Shown here: positions 16,315 through 21,046 of the stretch, in pieces
Position numbering within the stretch: the stretch's first letter is position 1
Layout of the letters: each line of letters starts with the position of its first letter
Assembly: GCA_051748045.1 (NCBI GenBank)
Contig: JBNJGY010000037.1
Coordinates: 1 to 21,046 of the forward strand
Origin: Thermotogota bacterium
Lineage (GTDB): Bacteria; Thermotogota; Thermotogae; Petrotogales; Petrotogaceae
Reading direction: 5' to 3'
DNA length: 21,046 nucleotides
Made by a program: the position numbers and the translations under genes
Notes under the pieces: model-generated
What the model was told of the DNA's origin: nothing
Databases searched by the model: none
What the model saw: only the letters and a program-made list of their open reading frames with translations

Positions 16315-18930
16315 ATGGAATGGATGTCCTCAAAAGATATTAGAGAAAAATTTCTTAGTTTTTTTGAAAATAAAGATCATAAAAGAATAAATAGCTCTCC
16401 ATTAATTCCAAACGATTCGCAATTAATGTTTACTGTTGCTGGAATGGTTCCTTTTAAGCCTATTTTTTGGGGAAAAATGGAACCAACACATAAAAGAATT
16501 ACAACTTGTCAAAAATGTTTGAGAACTAACGATATAGAAAATGTTGGAAAAACAGCAAGGCATCAAACATTTTTTGAAATGTTAGGAAATTTTTCTTTTG
16601 GAGATTATTTTAAAGAGGAAGCAATTGAAATGGCTTGGGAATTTTTGACAAAAGAGCTTAAAATACCAGAAGAAAAACTATGGGTTTCTGTTTATAAAGA
16701 AGACCCAGAAGCTTATGATATATGGAAAAACAAAATAAATTTTCCAGAGAATAAATTAGTAAAAATGGGTAAAGAAGATAATTGGTGGGGACCTCCAGGT
16801 CCATCAGGCCCTTGTGGTCCAGACACCGAAATATTTTTTGATACTGGAGTTACTGATAATTGTCCAGATGTCGAAAAATGTACTCCTGAATGTGACTGTG
16901 GAAGATTTGTTGAAATATGGAATGTTGTTTTTACTGAATTTTATTCTGATGAAAAAGGAAATCTAGAACCGCTTATAAGAAAAAATATAGACACTGGAGC
17001 AGGTCTAGAAAGATTAACAGCAGCTATACAAGGTGTTTATAGCAACTTTGATACAGATCTTTTTCAAAAAATAATAAAAGAAATAGAAAAATCCATAGAT
17101 GTAAAATACGGAGAGAATAGTAAAAATGATGTATCTATAAAAATAATTGCAGATCACGCAAGAGCTATTTCTTTTATTCTTGTTGAAGGTGTTCTTCCTT
17201 CAAATGAAGGAAGAGGATATGTTCTCAGACGTATTATTAGAAGAGCTGTCAGGCATGGAAATCTATTAGGAATGAATAATAATTTCATGAGAAATATAAT
17301 TAAAAGAGTTATTACTGAAATGTCAGGATTTTATCCCGAATTAAAAGAAAAACAAGATTTTATTTTAAAAATTGTTGATTCAGAAGAAGAAAGATTTTTC
17401 GAAACTCTCGAAAGAGGTCTTCAAAAGCTAGAAGAAATAATGAAAAAATCAGAAAATAAAAAAATATCTGGTGAAGTTGCTTTTGAATTATATGATACAT
17501 ACGGTTTTCCTTTTGATATAACAAGAGAAATAGCAGAAGAAAAAGGTTTTTCTGTTGACCAAGCTTTATTTGATGATTTGATGGAACAACAAAAAGACAG
17601 AGCAAGAAAAGCAACAGGTTCTAAAGAATATGGTGCACAAAACAAAGCATATGAAAAAATCGCATCACAAACCAAATCTACTGAATTTACTGGTTACTTA
17701 AACACCAAAGAAAAAGAAAAACTATTATATATTGTAAAAGATACAGAGATTGTTGAAACAGCTAAAAAAGGAGAAACTGTTGAGTTTTTCTTTTTAAAAA
17801 CACCTTTCTATGCTGAAAAAGGTGGACAAGTTGCTGATACAGGAATTATTAAAAATGACAATTTTAAGGCTGAAGTTTTTGATGTTCAAGTTATTAAAAA
17901 TGATATTATTTCTCATAAAGTAAAAGTTTTAGAAGGTCAAGTTAAAAAAAGTGATGAGATGATTCTTCAAATAGATGTAGATAGAAGAAATGCCATAAAA
18001 AGAAACCATACCGCTACACATTTATTACATGCAGCTTTACAAAAATTTGTTGGAGACCACATAAGACAAGCTGGTTCTTTTGTTGAACCAACAAGAATGA
18101 GATTTGATTTCACACATTATGAACCGCTATCAAAAGAAGATATAACTAAAATTGAAAAATCAGTAAATGAACAAATAATGAAAGCTATTCCTGTAAAAAC
18201 AGAAGTTAAATCTATTGAAGATGCAAAGAATATGAATGTAATGGCTTTGTTTGAAGAAAAATATGGAAATGAAGTCAGAGTTGTAAGTGTTGATGATTAT
18301 TCAAGTGAACTATGTGGAGGAACACATGCTTCTAACACAGGTGAACTTGGTTTGTTTAAAATTACTTCTGAAACATCTGTATCTGCAGGTATGAGAAGAA
18401 TTGAAGCAACAACAGGTTTTTCAGCTTTTGAATATGTTAAAAATTTAGAAGAAATAAATGAAAAAATTAAAGATTATTTAGAAGCTTCAGATAAAAATAT
18501 AATCGAAAAAATAGAAAATCTTGCTGAAAAAAATAAAAAATTGGAAAAAGATCTCAGAGAAATGGAACAAAAAATGGCTTCTTCTGATCTAAAAGTATTT
18601 TTAAATAAAGCAATTGAAGTGGATGGAGTTAAAATTGTTACTGGAGTTTTTGATGGAGTTGAAAACGAAGTACTAAGAAATGCTTCAGATAATTTACTTC
18701 AAAAAGCTGGAAAAAGTGTCATTATCCTTTTCAACAAGCATGAAAAAGTTAATTTTGTTGTAAAGGTTTCACAAGATGCTACAGATAAATTCCATGCTGG
18801 AAACATTGCCCGATCAATCGCTAAATTCCTTGGTGGTGGTGGTGGTGGAAGACCAGATTTCGCCCAAGCTGGAGGAAAAGATCCATCAAAAGTCAACGAA
18901 GTAATTCAAAAAATAAAAGATTTCATTTAA
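16315..18930 (+). CDS. alaS: Alanine--tRNA ligase
   Basis: FTVAGMVPFK, RHQTFFEMLGNFSFGDYFK, IDTGAGLER, GRGYVLRRIIRRA, editing-domain HTATH and CGGTH, and C-terminal GGGGGRPDFAQAGG. Confidence 0.98.
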   Translation: MEWMSSKDIREKFLSFFENKDHKRINSSPLIPNDSQLMFTVAGMVPFKPIFWGKMEPTHKRITTCQKCLRTNDIENVGKTARHQTFFEMLGNFSFGDYFKEEAIEMAWEFLTKELKIPEEKLWVSVYKEDPEAYDIWKNKINFPENKLVKMGKEDNWWGPPGPSGPCGPDTEIFFDTGVTDNCPDVEKCTPECDCGRFVEIWNVVFTEFYSDEKGNLEPLIRKNIDTGAGLERLTAAIQGVYSNFDTDLFQKIIKEIEKSIDVKYGENSKNDVSIKIIADHARAISFILVEGVLPSNEGRGYVLRRIIRRAVRHGNLLGMNNNFMRNIIKRVITEMSGFYPELKEKQDFILKIVDSEEERFFETLERGLQKLEEIMKKSENKKISGEVAFELYDTYGFPFDITREIAEEKGFSVDQALFDDLMEQQKDRARKATGSKEYGAQNKAYEKIASQTKSTEFTGYLNTKEKEKLLYIVKDTEIVETAKKGETVEFFFLKTPFYAEKGGQVADTGIIKNDNFKAEVFDVQVIKNDIISHKVKVLEGQVKKSDEMILQIDVDRRNAIKRNHTATHLLHAALQKFVGDHIRQAGSFVEPTRMRFDFTHYEPLSKEDITKIEKSVNEQIMKAIPVKTEVKSIEDAKNMNVMALFEEKYGNEVRVVSVDDYSSELCGGTHASNTGELGLFKITSETSVSAGMRRIEATTGFSAFEYVKNLEEINEKIKDYLEASDKNIIEKIENLAEKNKKLEKDLREMEQKMASSDLKVFLNKAIEVDGVKIVTGVFDGVENEVLRNASDNLLQKAGKSVIILFNKHEKVNFVVKVSQDATDKFHAGNIARSIAKFLGGGGGGRPDFAQAGGKDPSKVNEVIQKIKDFI

Positions 18931-18933
18931 AAT

Positions 18934-18975
18934 AAAAATGTTGCTATTGAAATGCATTTCAATAGCAACATTTTT
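18934..18975. terminator. Bidirectional terminator (42-bp perfect palindrome)
   Basis: AAAAATGTTGCTATTGAAATG|CATTTCAATAGCAACATTTTT lies just after the alaS stop and 5 nt beyond the stop of the minus-strand micro-ORF. Confidence 0.85.
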
Positions 18976-18980
18976 TTATT

Positions 18981-19043
18981 CTATTTCTTTTCTTCTTTTT
19001 TTGGTGCTTTTTTCATTTTTTTAGATTGTTTTTTGTCTTTCAT
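18981..19043 (-). CDS. Lysine-rich micropeptide MKDKKQSKKMKKAPKKEEKK (20 aa), not in the ORF track
   Basis: Minus strand reads GGAGGTG-GGGGCA-ATG AAA GAC ... AAG AAA TAG. There is a TATAAT at 19110-19105 upstream and a terminator immediately downstream. Confidence 0.7.
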   Translation of the reverse strand: MKDKKQSKKMKKAPKKEEKK

Positions 19044-19207
19044 TGCCCCCACCTCCGTTTTTATAAGGGTTACTTACGAAAAACAAAACCACTTTATCAA
19101 CTCAATTATATAATGCCACTTTTTTTAAAATAAATCAAATCTTAAAACATCTAAAAAATGCATAAAATTAAGGAAAATGAACGATTTTTTATTCTATTTA
19201 TTCTAAA

Positions 19208-19900
19208 TTAATTCATATTGATTATACTTTTCGCATTTTGGTCAACCCTATCATTGTAAATATCAACATTAGAATGAGAAGGTATCTTAAGCCATGTAAT
19301 GTTTAAATCTTTTTTTTTCATAAACTCACTATAAAATTTTGTAAGCTCATTATTTGCTTTCCATTCACCTTTTGCCCATTTTTCAAGACCTGAATAATCA
19401 AATCCTATTTTAAAATCTTTTATATCGTTTTTTTCAAACCATTCAACTAATTTTATTATCCCCATTATTTCTCCATAAACGTTTCTATGTTTATTGAAAT
19501 GTCCCACAGGGAGTTTTTCTGTTTGTTCTTCTATAATTTTTCCATCTTTCAAAATTAAAAAAGAATAAGAGCTCATACCATTTTTAAATGATCCATCAAT
19601 ATAAGCTGCATAATCTTTTAACATTGTTTTGTCAATTACTTTTTGATTATTTTTGTCCTTTTTTGTTTTTTTATATGTTTTAGGTTTTTGATCAATAACA
19701 AATTCAATTTCTTGTATTAAATCTTCTGATTTTTCGTTTGGAAGATAAACCGTTCCGTTTTTGTAGATATCAACTATTTGTCCTTCATTGTCTTTAAATC
19801 TTGCTTTTAAGCCTTTAGAACTATAATCTAATTCTTTTGCAAAAGACTTCAAAAAATCATATACTTTATCTATATCGTTAGTTTTATATTTTTTACTCAT
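19208..19900 (-). CDS. Ribonuclease HI with an extra N-terminal domain
   Basis: The C-terminal type 1 RNase H domain has AYIDGSF, RNVYGEIMG, FDYSGLEKWA and KIPSHS..YNDRVD (D-E-D-D catalytic set). SD GAGGTG and an extended -10 TGATATAAT (19926-19918) lie upstream. Confidence 0.85.
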   Translation of the reverse strand: MSKKYKTNDIDKVYDFLKSFAKELDYSSKGLKARFKDNEGQIVDIYKNGTVYLPNEKSEDLIQEIEFVIDQKPKTYKKTKKDKNNQKVIDKTMLKDYAAYIDGSFKNGMSSYSFLILKDGKIIEEQTEKLPVGHFNKHRNVYGEIMGIIKLVEWFEKNDIKDFKIGFDYSGLEKWAKGEWKANNELTKFYSEFMKKKDLNITWLKIPSHSNVDIYNDRVDQNAKSIINMN

Positions 19901-20030
19901 AAAATCACCTCTAAATTATTATATCAGAATTACAAAAAGTGTTCATATTAAACTTCTGTTTATTTGTTTGAAAAAATATAAAATACATCAATATTTATAA
20001 ATATTTCTTTAAAATCATTTAATATATCAC

Positions 20031-20059
20031 TTGATTAAATATTATAAAATATGTACAAT
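20031..20059 (+). promoter_or_regulatory. Sigma70-type promoter for the sensor gene
   Basis: TTGATT-17 nt-TACAAT, with SD GGAGG at 20092-20096. Confidence 0.6.
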
Positions 20060-20103
20060 ATTAAATTGAGAGACGATTCACTTATTATTTTGGAGGTTAA
20101 AAA

Positions 20104-21046
20104 ATGCGTATTGGGAATAAGATTTCCTTGACTTACATTATACTTTTTTTATTAGCATTTACTATTTTTTTTGTAATAATAAACTCTGTTCTTTCTAATA
20201 AAATAGTAAAAGATTCTGAAGAAAAATTACAAATAGCAACACAATTGAAGATGAATTATTTTAACTCATTTTTTGAAAACTTAAATTCAGATATGATATT
20301 AATATCTGAAAGAAAAGGTCTTATAGATGACTTAAATCAGATGCAATATGAATACTCGAATCAAAAAATTAGAAATGAAGAGATTTATTTAGACTATCTT
20401 AAACAAATTTTTATAAAAGAAAATCCTTTTGAAAACAGATCAAAAATGATTAGTACTTTTGATGTTGAAGAAATATCTGATATCAATATATTCACAACTT
20501 TAGCAGGTTATAACAAATTCCATGAATCTATTCACCCTGAATTTAAAAGAATAATAGAAGAAAAAAATTATGAAGATATTAAATATATTTCAAACAAAAA
20601 TGAAATAGTTTATACAACTATGAAAAAAGAAGATCTAGGAACCAATATAGAAAATGAACAAACAATATTATATAATTTTGTTAAAGAGTTAGGAACAAAA
20701 CCCTCAACTGTAGTTCATTATAGTGATTTTATGGAATATGAATATTCGAAAGATCCTGTTCTTTTTTCTGGAATTAAATTAACAGATCAATATTCAAATT
20801 CAGTAGGTTATTTAGTATATTCAGTTTCAGTTGACAGTATAAATCAAATTATGCAAGATACAACTGGAATGAATGATTATTCGAGAACTTATATAGTAGG
20901 TAGTGATAATAAACTGAGAAGTTCAATTAGTAATCATAAAGCTCTTGAATTAAATATAAATACAAAATCTGTTCAAAATGCATTGAACAATGATTCAGGA
21001 AATATTATCTCAAAAAACTTTGATAATAAAAAAGTTATATCTGTTT
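20104..21046 (+). CDS. Membrane sensor with an extracytoplasmic dCache-like domain (methyl-accepting chemotaxis protein or other signalling protein), 3'-truncated
   Basis: Not in the ORF track because no stop falls in the window. It translates open from the ATG at 20104: MRIGNKISLTYIILFLLAFTIFFVII (transmembrane), then YNKFHESIHPEF, IVYTTMKKEDLGTN, YSDFMEY and TTGMNDYSRTYIVGSDNKLRS, which resemble Cache sensor motifs. The output domain is not visible. Confidence 0.75.
   Translation, partial: MRIGNKISLTYIILFLLAFTIFFVIINSVLSNKIVKDSEEKLQIATQLKMNYFNSFFENLNSDMILISERKGLIDDLNQMQYEYSNQKIRNEEIYLDYLKQIFIKENPFENRSKMISTFDVEEISDINIFTTLAGYNKFHESIHPEFKRIIEEKNYEDIKYISNKNEIVYTTMKKEDLGTNIENEQTILYNFVKELGTKPSTVVHYSDFMEYEYSKDPVLFSGIKLTDQYSNSVGYLVYSVSVDSINQIMQDTTGMNDYSRTYIVGSDNKLRSSISNHKALELNINTKSVQNALNNDSGNIISKNFDNKKVISV

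Noticed and set aside
18832-18849. (GGT)n microsatellite near the end of alaS
   Set aside because: It encodes the conserved poly-Gly motif of the AlaRS C-terminal domain and is not a contingency repeat.
6906-18896. Short opposite-strand ORFs (6906-7214, 8843-9094, 10078-10293, 11803-12018, 14024-14236, 14302-14487, 15008-15358, 17360-17614, 17421-17675, 18699-18896)
   Set aside because: All lie antisense within well-supported genes and have no independent evidence of coding.

Overview
This is a strongly AT-rich bacterial chromosomal window. It is probably Thermotogota (Petrotogales-like), inferred from the frr-uppS-cdsA-alaS and apt-pgi-coaE gene orders and not verified. Left to right it contains: the 3' end of an HD-GYP phosphodiesterase gene; adhE with three Rex-like operators; an ~890 bp intergenic region packed with several palindromic/REP-like and heptamer-repeat elements; tldD-tldE plus a 69-aa His/Cys protein; an Eis-like GNAT and a small membrane protein; a DUF4097-type beta-repeat protein; an orphan sugar-type ABC solute-binding protein; coaE-pgi-apt; frr-uppS-cdsA-(type IV pilin-like)-alaS; an RNase HI with an atypical N-terminal domain; and the 5' part of a Cache-domain membrane sensor. 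The most notable observations are (i) a 20-aa, 11-lysine micro-ORF missing from the ORF track, with its own promoter, strong Shine-Dalgarno and terminator (18981-19043, minus), (ii) the mosaic of repeat and structured elements at 3523-3851, and (iii) an RNase HI with a possible TBP-like (RNase HIII-type) N-terminal domain. I saw no rRNA, tRNA, CRISPR array or transposase gene.
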